Positions 46,530 to 54,605 of a stretch of 57,238 nucleotides of DNA are shown piece by piece; positions within the stretch are counted from its first letter, which is position 1, and the number at the start of each line of letters is the position of its first letter. The notes beneath the pieces were generated by a model that made no database searches, was not told the DNA's origin, and saw only the letters and a program-made list of their open reading frames with translations. A program made the position numbers and the translations under genes. This DNA is from Elusimicrobiota bacterium. Its GTDB lineage: Bacteria; Elusimicrobiota; Elusimicrobia; UBA1565; JACRDR01. The stretch spans positions 1 through 57,238 of the forward strand of contig JBGFSC010000016.1 of the NCBI GenBank assembly GCA_041694815.1. Reading direction: 5' to 3'.

Positions 46530-47333
46530 ATGAGGATCAATATCGTCTACGCCGCCCGCGATCCGAACCGGGCCAACGCCTTTTTGGAGGCCATCTCCCG
46601 CAACGGCTATTCCGTGACCGTCGCGCAGAGGAGCAAGGAGGTGCTGGGTCTCCTGGGGCAGCGCAGCTGCGACCTATTGATCGTGGGATCCCAGTTGGCT
46701 GATGAGGACGGCCTGTCCTTGGTCAAGTCGCTGCGTTCCCGGGGACCCACGCGGCAGCTGCCGATCATCGCCTTGGTCGAGCACGAGGCCCCCGCGAGCG
46801 GCGCCGCGGTCCCGGGGTTCGGCACGGCCGCCGGGCAAATCCGCAGCGCCTTCTCCGGCGCGGCGTCGAGTGCTGCCGCCGCCGCCCCCAACAAGGTTTC
46901 CACCCGGCTCGCGTTCTTCCAGGCGGGCGCCGACGAATGCCTCACGTTCAATCAGGACGTCGCCGAAAGCCTGGCCAGGCTCAAGGCGGTCCTGCGCCGC
47001 ACGATGTCCAACCCCTCCGAGGAAGTGCTCAAGATGGGGCCCGTGGAGCTCAACCTGACGAGCTATACGCTGCACGTGAGCGGCAAGGAGGTGCCCCTGA
47101 CGTCCAAGGAGCTCGACCTGCTCTACGTGTTGCTGAGCTCGCCCAACCGGGTGCTCAGCCGTCCCTACCTGATCGAGCGCGTCTGGGGGTACAATTACTT
47201 CGGCTCGCCCAGGACCGTCGACGTGCATGTCCGCCGCTTGCGGGAGAAGCTGGGCAAGGCCGCGAGCTTGATCCACACCATTCCCTGCGTGGGCTACAAA
47301 TTGATCCCTCCGGGCGCGGAGATGAGGAGATAA
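46530..47333 (+). CDS. OmpR/PhoB-family regulator with a degenerate receiver domain
   Basis: wHTH LTSKELDLL...VWGY...RTVDVHVRRLREKL...GVGY-like; receiver lacks the conserved acidic residues. Confidence 0.85.
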   Translation: MRINIVYAARDPNRANAFLEAISRNGYSVTVAQRSKEVLGLLGQRSCDLLIVGSQLADEDGLSLVKSLRSRGPTRQLPIIALVEHEAPASGAAVPGFGTAAGQIRSAFSGAASSAAAAAPNKVSTRLAFFQAGADECLTFNQDVAESLARLKAVLRRTMSNPSEEVLKMGPVELNLTSYTLHVSGKEVPLTSKELDLLYVLLSSPNRVLSRPYLIERVWGYNYFGSPRTVDVHVRRLREKLGKAASLIHTIPCVGYKLIPPGAEMRR

Positions 47334-47335
47334 CC

Positions 47336-47725
47336 ATGGCGGATAAAAGCGCAACCAAGCTTCTGATCATCGACGACGACGCCCACCTGCGCGACAGCCT
47401 CGCCGAGGTGCTCGAGCTCGACGGCTTCGAGTGCCATCAGGCCGGCACGGCCAAGGACGGCATCGAGGCGGCCAAGAAGGTCGGCCCGCGGGTCGTGATC
47501 ATGGACATCCAGTTGCCGGACTCCAGCGGTTTTCAGATCTGTTCCACGCTGCGCAAGGCGTCTCGAGAGACCATCCTGATCATGATGACCGGCCGTTTCC
47601 TATCGGCCGAGGAAAAGACCCAGGGCTTCGAGCTGGGGGCCGATGAGTACATCACCAAGCCCTTCGACCTCTCGGAGCTTTCTATCCGGATTCGGCAGCT
47701 CATGTCCCGGGGCGCCGCGAAGTAG
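47336..47725 (+). CDS. Single-domain response regulator
   Basis: LIIDDD, MDIQLPD..G, MMTG, GADEYITKPF. Confidence 0.9.
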   Translation: MADKSATKLLIIDDDAHLRDSLAEVLELDGFECHQAGTAKDGIEAAKKVGPRVVIMDIQLPDSSGFQICSTLRKASRETILIMMTGRFLSAEEKTQGFELGADEYITKPFDLSELSIRIRQLMSRGAAK

Positions 47726-47737
47726 ACCGCGGGTTTC

Positions 47738-49666
47738 ATGGCGAAGGCGACGCGCGGAAAGCTGGCCTACCGCATCCTCTTCTGGTTCCTGCTCGTCTCC
47801 CTGCTACCCATGTGCGTGGTGGGCTATCATCTGGTCCGCCTCTCGCAGTCCTCGCTCCAGCGCGAGTCCCTGCGGGTGCAGGAGCAGCACGCCAGCGGGT
47901 TCGCGGACACGGTATGGAATTACGTAAACACCTATAAAAATATCCTGGTCGAGGCCTCGCACGTCGAGGAATTCGCCTCCTCCAGCAACGGGCGCATGGA
48001 CGCCGCGCGCCAACAGCAGTATTTAAACCGCATCATGCAGCTGCACGCCGCGTTCCTGGAGCTGTCGGTCTTCGACCTCGCGGGCCAGGAGACCTTGCGC
48101 ATGGGCCGTTTCCTGGGGCCAGCCCCCCCGATGCGCAATTTCTACCAGGAAACGCCCTTCCAGGTCGCGCTTCAGAAGCAGGAGTTCATCGGGTCGCTCG
48201 AGCGCTTCCAGGGGCTTTACCCGACGCTGACCCTCGCCGTCGCCGTCATGGACCCGCGCGTGACGCCCCCGCGCCCCGCCGGGGTACTCCTGGGTAAAAT
48301 CAGCCTCAACGGCCTTTCCCAGATGTTGGCGCAGCAGTTTCCCGAGGGCGGCAAGTCCGAGGCCGCGGTCGTGGGCATCGACGGGTTCCTGGTCGCCCAC
48401 TCGAATCCTCAGATGATATTCAAGCCCGAGGCGCGCCTGCCCAAGGAGATCACGGATGTCATCTTGACGCAAAGCGCCGACAAGGGGGGCGGGGAGATAC
48501 CGCTCTCTAGCGGCAAGACGATGCTCGGAGCCTTCGCCCTGGTGCCCACTCTCGCGTGGGTGGTATACGTGCAGCAGCCCATCGAGTCGGCCTACGCCGT
48601 GGCCAAGGACATGAAGGAGGCGATTCTCCGGGTTCTCATCTGGGTCATCATCGTCACCTTGGGCCTGGCCTACGCCGTGTCCGGCCACATCACCGAGCCG
48701 ATCCGCCTGCTGCGCCAGGCGGCCGACAAGCTGGGGCAGGGCCGCTTCGAGGAGCTGCCCGACATGATGATGACCAACGACGAGATCGGCGATCTGGCGC
48801 AGACATTCCGCAACATGAGCGAGTCGCTCAAGGACAAGACGGGGGAGCTCCTGCGGGCGAAGGAGGAGGTGGAGAAGTTCGCGAGACTCCTGGAAAACCG
48901 CGTGGAGGCCAGGACTCGCGAGCTGCGCGCCGCGCAGGACGAGCTCATCAAGAAGGAGCGGTTGGCGGCCATCGGGCAGATGGCCTCCGTGGTGGGGCAC
49001 GAGATACGCAATCCGCTCGCCGTCATCAACAACTCGACCTATTTCATCAAAACCAAGCTGGGCGTCGGGGGCGCGGCCGGCGTCGACCCTAAGATCGCCA
49101 AGCACATCTCGATCATCGAATCCGAGATCAAGCAGGCCAACGGCATCATCAACGAGATATTGACCTTCTCGCGCCAGCGGGCCCTCAAGCCCGAAGTGAC
49201 CTCCATCAACCAGTTCTTGGAAGAACTACTCTCCGTTCATCCATTCCCCTCGCATGTCCATCTGGTCAAGAGCCTCGACCCCGCCAACCCGATCGTCTCC
49301 ATCGACCTCGACGAGATGCGGCAGGCCGTCCGCAACCTGGTGGGCAACGCCGTCGAGGTCATGCCCAACGGCGGCACGCTGAAGGTTTCCACCGAGCTCG
49401 TCGAGCAGAGCTGGGTGCGCGTCTCCGTGGCCGACAGCGGCACCGGGATCCCGCCGGAGGTGCTCGACAAGATATTCGCCCCTTTCTTCACCACCAAGGC
49501 CCGTGGCACGGGGCTGGGGCTGGCCGTCGTGCGCAAGGTGATCGATCGCCACCAGGGCCGTGTCGAGGTGGAAAGCGCGGTGGGGCGGGGGACGACCTTC
49601 AAGCTCTATCTGCCCCTCTCGGCCAAACTGCCCGCCGCCCCTGCGCCGAACGAGAAGGCGGCGTGA
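47738..49666 (+). CDS. Cache-HAMP sensor histidine kinase
   Basis: Two TMs, Cache-like region, DEIGDLA HAMP, GHEIRNPL, NAVEVM, PFFTTK.GTGLGL. Confidence 0.92.
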   Translation: MAKATRGKLAYRILFWFLLVSLLPMCVVGYHLVRLSQSSLQRESLRVQEQHASGFADTVWNYVNTYKNILVEASHVEEFASSSNGRMDAARQQQYLNRIMQLHAAFLELSVFDLAGQETLRMGRFLGPAPPMRNFYQETPFQVALQKQEFIGSLERFQGLYPTLTLAVAVMDPRVTPPRPAGVLLGKISLNGLSQMLAQQFPEGGKSEAAVVGIDGFLVAHSNPQMIFKPEARLPKEITDVILTQSADKGGGEIPLSSGKTMLGAFALVPTLAWVVYVQQPIESAYAVAKDMKEAILRVLIWVIIVTLGLAYAVSGHITEPIRLLRQAADKLGQGRFEELPDMMMTNDEIGDLAQTFRNMSESLKDKTGELLRAKEEVEKFARLLENRVEARTRELRAAQDELIKKERLAAIGQMASVVGHEIRNPLAVINNSTYFIKTKLGVGGAAGVDPKIAKHISIIESEIKQANGIINEILTFSRQRALKPEVTSINQFLEELLSVHPFPSHVHLVKSLDPANPIVSIDLDEMRQAVRNLVGNAVEVMPNGGTLKVSTELVEQSWVRVSVADSGTGIPPEVLDKIFAPFFTTKARGTGLGLAVVRKVIDRHQGRVEVESAVGRGTTFKLYLPLSAKLPAAPAPNEKAA

Positions 49667-50802
49667 GCGCGCCGGGCCCATCGGGGAGCATCCTGCTCGT
49701 CGACGACGACGCCCATCTCCGGGAGACCCTGCGGGACAACCTGGAGCTCGACGCCTACCGCGTGGAGGAGGCCGGCTCGGGCGCGGAGGCGCTCAAGAAG
49801 ATCGAGGCTGCCTTTTACGACGTCATCCTCATGGACTTCAACTTGACCGACGGCACGGGCATCGATGCCATCCGCAATATCCGCAAGGTGAACGCCGAAA
49901 GCCAGATCCTCATGATGACGGCGCACGCCTCGCTCGACACCGCGATCAAGGCGATCCAGGAGTCGGTCTACGATTTCCTGATCAAGCCTGTGGATTTGGC
50001 GCATTTAAAGCGCGTGATCGGCAAGGCTATCGAAAAGCTGCGCCTGGAGCAGGAGAACAAGCGGCTCGTCGAGGAGCTGCGCCGGGCGAACGCCAAGCTG
50101 CTCAACCTCTCCAACCTCAAGTCGAAATTCATGTCGATGTCCTCGCACGACCTCGCCAACGCCCTGATGACGCTGCAGGTCTCCTACGAGATGCTTTCGG
50201 CCACACTGCATCCCAGCGAGGAGCAGGCCAAGCGCATGCAGTTTATCTCCTCAGGCATCTCGCAGATATCCCGACTCATCGAGGATTTGGTCGATTGGGC
50301 GGCCATCGAGCAGGGCAAATTGCGCCTGGAGAAATCCGAGTTTCCGCTGGGCCGCCTTATCGAGGAGGCGGTCGTGGGTCCGCAGGGGCGCGCGCAGCAG
50401 CGGGGGATCACCGTGAGTACCGAGATCGCGCGGGGCCTGCCGCAAGTCTTCGCCGACCCGAAGCGGATATCGCAGGTGCTGCACAACCTTCTCGAGAATG
50501 CCATCCGGCATACCCTGCGCGGCGGGACGGTGACGGTGCTCGCCTCCGAGATCCCCGCTTCAGGAGAGTTGCGCGTGGCGGTGCGTGACACCGGAGAAGG
50601 CATCGCTCCGGCCGAATTGGAGAAGATATTCGAGAGCTTTTATCAGGGCAACGGGGGCGGCGCGGCGGGCGGGGGCCGATTGGGGCTGGGCCTCTCGATC
50701 GCGCGCGAAATAGTATCCATCCATGGGGGCAGGATCTGGGTCGAATCGGAGGGCAAGGGCAAGGGGGCGACCTTCTTTTTTACAATTCCTAAAAAACCTT
50801 GA
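49663..50802 (+). CDS. Receiver-HisKA-HATPase hybrid kinase
   Basis: LLVDDD/LMD/MTA/IKP receiver; SHDLAN H-box; NLLENAI, DTGEGI, LGLGL. Confidence 0.9.
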   Translation: MSAPGPSGSILLVDDDAHLRETLRDNLELDAYRVEEAGSGAEALKKIEAAFYDVILMDFNLTDGTGIDAIRNIRKVNAESQILMMTAHASLDTAIKAIQESVYDFLIKPVDLAHLKRVIGKAIEKLRLEQENKRLVEELRRANAKLLNLSNLKSKFMSMSSHDLANALMTLQVSYEMLSATLHPSEEQAKRMQFISSGISQISRLIEDLVDWAAIEQGKLRLEKSEFPLGRLIEEAVVGPQGRAQQRGITVSTEIARGLPQVFADPKRISQVLHNLLENAIRHTLRGGTVTVLASEIPASGELRVAVRDTGEGIAPAELEKIFESFYQGNGGGAAGGGRLGLGLSIAREIVSIHGGRIWVESEGKGKGATFFFTIPKKP

Positions 50803-50827
50803 CAATGAAAGGGCTTCCTGTTATATT
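50799..50827 (+). promoter_or_regulatory. Sigma70-type promoter of the NarL-family regulator
   Basis: TTGACA-17-(TGt)TATATT; GGGAGG RBS downstream. Confidence 0.65.
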
Positions 50828-50864
50828 TCGGTCGTACCCATGACACATCCTTGGGAGGCTCGCC

Positions 50865-51545
50865 ATGGCCGCTAAAAAGAAGGTCACGGTCCTTATCGCG
50901 GACGATCAAACCCTGTTTCGAGAGGGCATCAAGGACCTGCTTGAGAACGAGAAGGCTATCGAAGTGATCGGCGAGGCGGCCGACGGCTCCGAAGTGTTGC
51001 GCATGGCCAAGAAACTCAAGCCCAACGTGATCCTTATGGACATCAAACTGCCCCATCTCGACGGCGTATCGGCGACGCGTCAGATCCGCAAGGACTGCCC
51101 CGACACCAATGTCTTGATCCTTTCTTCCTTCGAGGACGAGGCCCACGTGATGGAGGCCATCCAGGCGGGCGCCAACGGCTACCTCTCCAAGATGCTGCCG
51201 GCCTCCGAGCTTGTCAACGCTTTAAAGACCTTCGCCAACGAGGGCGTGATGATCCCGCAGCCGGTGATGGGGAAGCTGATCCAGGGACTGCGCCAGATGT
51301 CCAATACCTCGACGGAGGCCTCGCTCGTGGCGCTGACCAAGACCGAGATCCGCGTGCTCGCCCTGCTGGGGCGCGGCCAATCGAACAAGGAGATCGCCAA
51401 CCAATTGGCCTGCAGCGTCAAAACGGTCAAGAACCATTTAAACAGCATCTTCCAGAAGCTGGAGGTCGCCAACCGCACCGAGGCCGTCGTCAAGGGAATC
51501 GAGATCGGCCTCATCTCCGCCGAGGATTCGGAAGTCGCGAGTTAG
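50865..51545 (+). CDS. NarL/LuxR-family response regulator
   Basis: IADDQTLFREGI, LMDI, GANGYLSK, LTKTE...G.SNKEIA..L..SVKTVKNH. Confidence 0.95.
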   Translation: MAAKKKVTVLIADDQTLFREGIKDLLENEKAIEVIGEAADGSEVLRMAKKLKPNVILMDIKLPHLDGVSATRQIRKDCPDTNVLILSSFEDEAHVMEAIQAGANGYLSKMLPASELVNALKTFANEGVMIPQPVMGKLIQGLRQMSNTSTEASLVALTKTEIRVLALLGRGQSNKEIANQLACSVKTVKNHLNSIFQKLEVANRTEAVVKGIEIGLISAEDSEVAS

Positions 51546-52748
51546 CTAAGGCAGCCGGAAGCGCTCCTGGGCCTTTTCGCCGTCCTGCTTCTCGTCTATT
51601 TCTTCCGAAGCGGGCTTTGAGAGAAAATCCGACAGCTGCGCGGCGCGGCGAGATTCATACTCCGCCTTTTCAGCGGCCGTTCGGTCGACCTTCCAGATGA
51701 GAACCTGATTGCGCGAACCGGCGGCTAGATAAGCGCCATCAGGGCTGTAGGCCAGGCCGTCGTCGACAATCTCATCGGAGGTCAGGAAATATCGCTCGAC
51801 GCCGGTATTGGCGTCTAGCACCGAAATCCCACGTACCGTTCTTACCGCGATATCCAATCCATTCGGGCTAAAAGCAGCGTTTTGTACGAGCTCGAGGGTC
51901 GGCTTTAATGTGTCAATTCTAGTCCACGATTCTATATCCCATAATTCTGTCCAAAGTTGATGATTTTTCTTTGCGGTGAAGCTGATTAGGGCTCGTGATC
52001 GAGATGGATTGACGAAGGCATGATTAATTTCCGCGTCTTTAGCGAATTCGGCGAGCTGACGCCCGCCGAAGGGCCAAGGCGACTCCAGATCCCATTGCAT
52101 GGCCTTTGCGTTCGTGTTTAGTGTGATGAGGGATTTCCCATCCCGGCTAAAAAAAGCCGCCGGAGCGCCGGTTGTTCCTAGGTGGAATCGTTTTATTTCC
52201 TTTCCCGACCGCGTTTCGATGATACGTGCCCAACGGACGTAATGGTCGACGGCCGCGAATTGGCTTCCATCCGCGTTGAATGAGATGTGCGGGGTCCGGC
52301 CCCGATCGACTCGAACCATTCCGAGGCGCTTGCCGCTGGCGATGTCCCATATCACCGACTTTCCCGGAGGGGACGTCACCAAGGTCTTGCCGTCAGGGCT
52401 CAGCGCGGCTTTGAATACTTTTCCGCTTTCTCCTAGAATCCACGCCGTCATGTCCTCCAGCTCGCGCACGACCTTTCCGGAGGCCGCGTCCCATATGAGG
52501 GTCAACGCATCTCCAGCCCCAGTCACGATCTTGCTTCCGTCGTTGCTATAGGCTACGGTGAACACGGTATCGGAATGGCCGTTTAATATCCGCACGACCT
52601 CTTTTTTGACCGGTTCCTCCATTAAAAATCGGTCGGAGATCGGCTTTCGCCCATCGAAAAGGGCGTCGGTATCGATTTCCGAGGCTATGCCGCCAGAGGC
52701 GGCAAAGAACAAAAGGGTTCTGAGCAATAAAAAAGAAAGGCGGTCCAT
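51546..52748 (-). CDS. Exported WD40-repeat protein
   Basis: GHSDTVFTVAYSNDG...WD, SPDG, WD repeats; signal peptide from ATG 52748; visibly AT-richer than flanks. Confidence 0.8.
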   Translation of the reverse strand: MDRLSFLLLRTLLFFAASGGIASEIDTDALFDGRKPISDRFLMEEPVKKEVVRILNGHSDTVFTVAYSNDGSKIVTGAGDALTLIWDAASGKVVRELEDMTAWILGESGKVFKAALSPDGKTLVTSPPGKSVIWDIASGKRLGMVRVDRGRTPHISFNADGSQFAAVDHYVRWARIIETRSGKEIKRFHLGTTGAPAAFFSRDGKSLITLNTNAKAMQWDLESPWPFGGRQLAEFAKDAEINHAFVNPSRSRALISFTAKKNHQLWTELWDIESWTRIDTLKPTLELVQNAAFSPNGLDIAVRTVRGISVLDANTGVERYFLTSDEIVDDGLAYSPDGAYLAAGSRNQVLIWKVDRTAAEKAEYESRRAAQLSDFLSKPASEEIDEKQDGEKAQERFRLP

Positions 52749-52784
52749 CAGTTTAGTATTAGGGTGAAAAAATGGTCCCGCGAG

Positions 52785-52820
52785 GGCCCTTCGGTCCAAA
52801 CTTAGGGCCAAAAGGCCTAA
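52785..52820. promoter_or_regulatory. Paired GGNC-N5-GNCC inverted-repeat boxes
   Basis: GGCC-cttcg-GTCC (52785-97) and ttaGGGC-caaaa-GGCCtaa (52802-20). Confidence 0.5.
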
Positions 52821-52921
52821 TCGGATGTCTTAAAAATATGTGACATTTACAGTAAATATTGCCTAAAGCTCCCGTTTTTAAGGCCTTGAATTTGACACAG
52901 GCGGGGGGTATATATAGGAAG

Positions 52922-54082
52922 ATGCTTCGCCCGCCCCGCAATTGCCGTGGACAGGTCGTTATTCCGTCCCTTTTCGTCATTCCTTCCTTATTCCTTTTCG
53001 TATTTTTACTCTACGAAACGGCCAAGCTCTCGCGCGAAAAGATCCGCCACCAATTCGCGGTCGACTCGGCCGCCTTCGTGGAAATGACCAACTATGCCGA
53101 TTTTCTCAACCGCTCGGCCTATGTCAACGGGGCGTTTCCCATGCGCATCTTCGGAGAGGGCTTCTACAGCGGGCCGCATATCGACCGTAAGGACGGGCAA
53201 GGGGGCGATACGCTTTATAACATCCTCTTCAAGAATGCCGCCTTCCCCGCCACCGGTCAGGACCCCCAGCAATCGCTCGACACCCGTTCCACTTGGGAAA
53301 TCCAGTACCATGAATCGCGGGAAAACGGCGGCGCCGGGCGCAATCAGCCCAACCCGGAGATCAATCCCCTCTTCGAGCTGTTCACGGAGCAGGACGCGCA
53401 GAACTATTATTTGAGCTGGGAGGACGCCCAGGACATCTACAAGCTTTACGTGCAGGTCTATAGCCTGTTGGGCCAGGTCGAGGGCGCGCAATTATCCGTA
53501 TTTGAGCGCCTAACCAGGGATCATACTTTTTTCAAGAAATCCTATTGGCTCAATACCGGCGACCGTTTCGAGAACGCCGGAGCCGAGGGGGCCAGCTGGT
53601 TCCCCGGGCCCTCGGGGGGAGGGAGGCATACCTTCCGCCCTCAAGTCAAATGCATCGAGGAGATCACGTTCACCGCCAATAAATTGACCGACGATCCCTT
53701 CCAGCCCACCAGGCCATTCAAGGGCGGCGACAAGGACGGCAAGCCCATCAAGTTGAGCCAATACGCCACGCCGGAGCTCAGCCGCTACGGCTGCACCGGC
53801 CTTTTCCAATTGGCCGTGGTAAGCCCCATGGACCTTCGCGCGATGTATACGCGTAGCGGCAATTCGAGCTGGCCAGGCTACGAGATCATCCAGCATTGGC
53901 AGGTGCCGTCGAATTATTTCAAGATAAATTTCGACCGGTCTTGCGACCTGCCGGGCCCCCGGGGCGCCTGCGTGCACGCGACGATCGCGCTGACCAACCA
54001 ATACGGGGTCAGCGGCTCGGCCGAAGGGGGGAGGGTTTGGCCGCAGCCGACGCCAAAATTCCAAACCCGGCTATTCCCATGA
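52922..54082 (+). CDS. TadG-like large pseudopilin
   Basis: RG|QVVIPSLFVIP hydrophobic N-terminus without E+5, Q.AVDSAA motif, large Cys-containing C-domain. Confidence 0.7.
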   Translation: MLRPPRNCRGQVVIPSLFVIPSLFLFVFLLYETAKLSREKIRHQFAVDSAAFVEMTNYADFLNRSAYVNGAFPMRIFGEGFYSGPHIDRKDGQGGDTLYNILFKNAAFPATGQDPQQSLDTRSTWEIQYHESRENGGAGRNQPNPEINPLFELFTEQDAQNYYLSWEDAQDIYKLYVQVYSLLGQVEGAQLSVFERLTRDHTFFKKSYWLNTGDRFENAGAEGASWFPGPSGGGRHTFRPQVKCIEEITFTANKLTDDPFQPTRPFKGGDKDGKPIKLSQYATPELSRYGCTGLFQLAVVSPMDLRAMYTRSGNSSWPGYEIIQHWQVPSNYFKINFDRSCDLPGPRGACVHATIALTNQYGVSGSAEGGRVWPQPTPKFQTRLFP

Positions 54083-54603
54083 GGGCGTCCCGGGGCCAGG
54101 CCACGACGGAGGTCGTTCTCCTGCTGCCCCTTTTCATGTTCTTTCTCTTTGCTTTCGCGAAAATATTTGCGATGCTGGTCTTGGTGCAGAAGATGGAGAT
54201 CGCCTCCTACTATGCGGCCCGGCGCTGGCAATTGGAGAGCCACCGGAACGTGGTGTTCGAGGGATGGGATTCGAGCACGCTGCGCCAGGATATACAAAAC
54301 AAGGTGAGCGAATACCTGGGCTACGGCACCCGCAACGCCGCCTATCTGAACCTCGAAGGGCGGCGGGCCGATCTCGACATCCAACGCAAGCAGGTCTGGA
54401 ACATCGTGACGCTTAAGGTGGTAACTCGGCCGTTTAATACCCCGCTGCTCAAGTCGAGGGGATTCACCTTCCAGGTAGTCAAATACGTGCCGAATCGCGA
54501 TCGCCCCATCGCCTTCGTGCTGCCCGGAGCGGAGGATAAGAAGGCGGACAAATCCGGCGTAAGCGCAGGGGGCCGAGGTAGCGGTGGGTCGCCTTCACCT
54601 TAA
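54079..54603 (+). CDS. TadE-like pseudopilin
   Basis: RG|QATTEVVLLLPLF...ASYYAAR. Confidence 0.8.
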   Translation: MRASRGQATTEVVLLLPLFMFFLFAFAKIFAMLVLVQKMEIASYYAARRWQLESHRNVVFEGWDSSTLRQDIQNKVSEYLGYGTRNAAYLNLEGRRADLDIQRKQVWNIVTLKVVTRPFNTPLLKSRGFTFQVVKYVPNRDRPIAFVLPGAEDKKADKSGVSAGGRGSGGSPSP

Positions 54604-54605
54604 AT

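Noticed and set aside
51546..52748. Mobile element or genomic island around the AT-richer WD40 gene
   Set aside because: No integrase, transposase, flanking direct repeats or tRNA seen; composition shift alone is insufficient.
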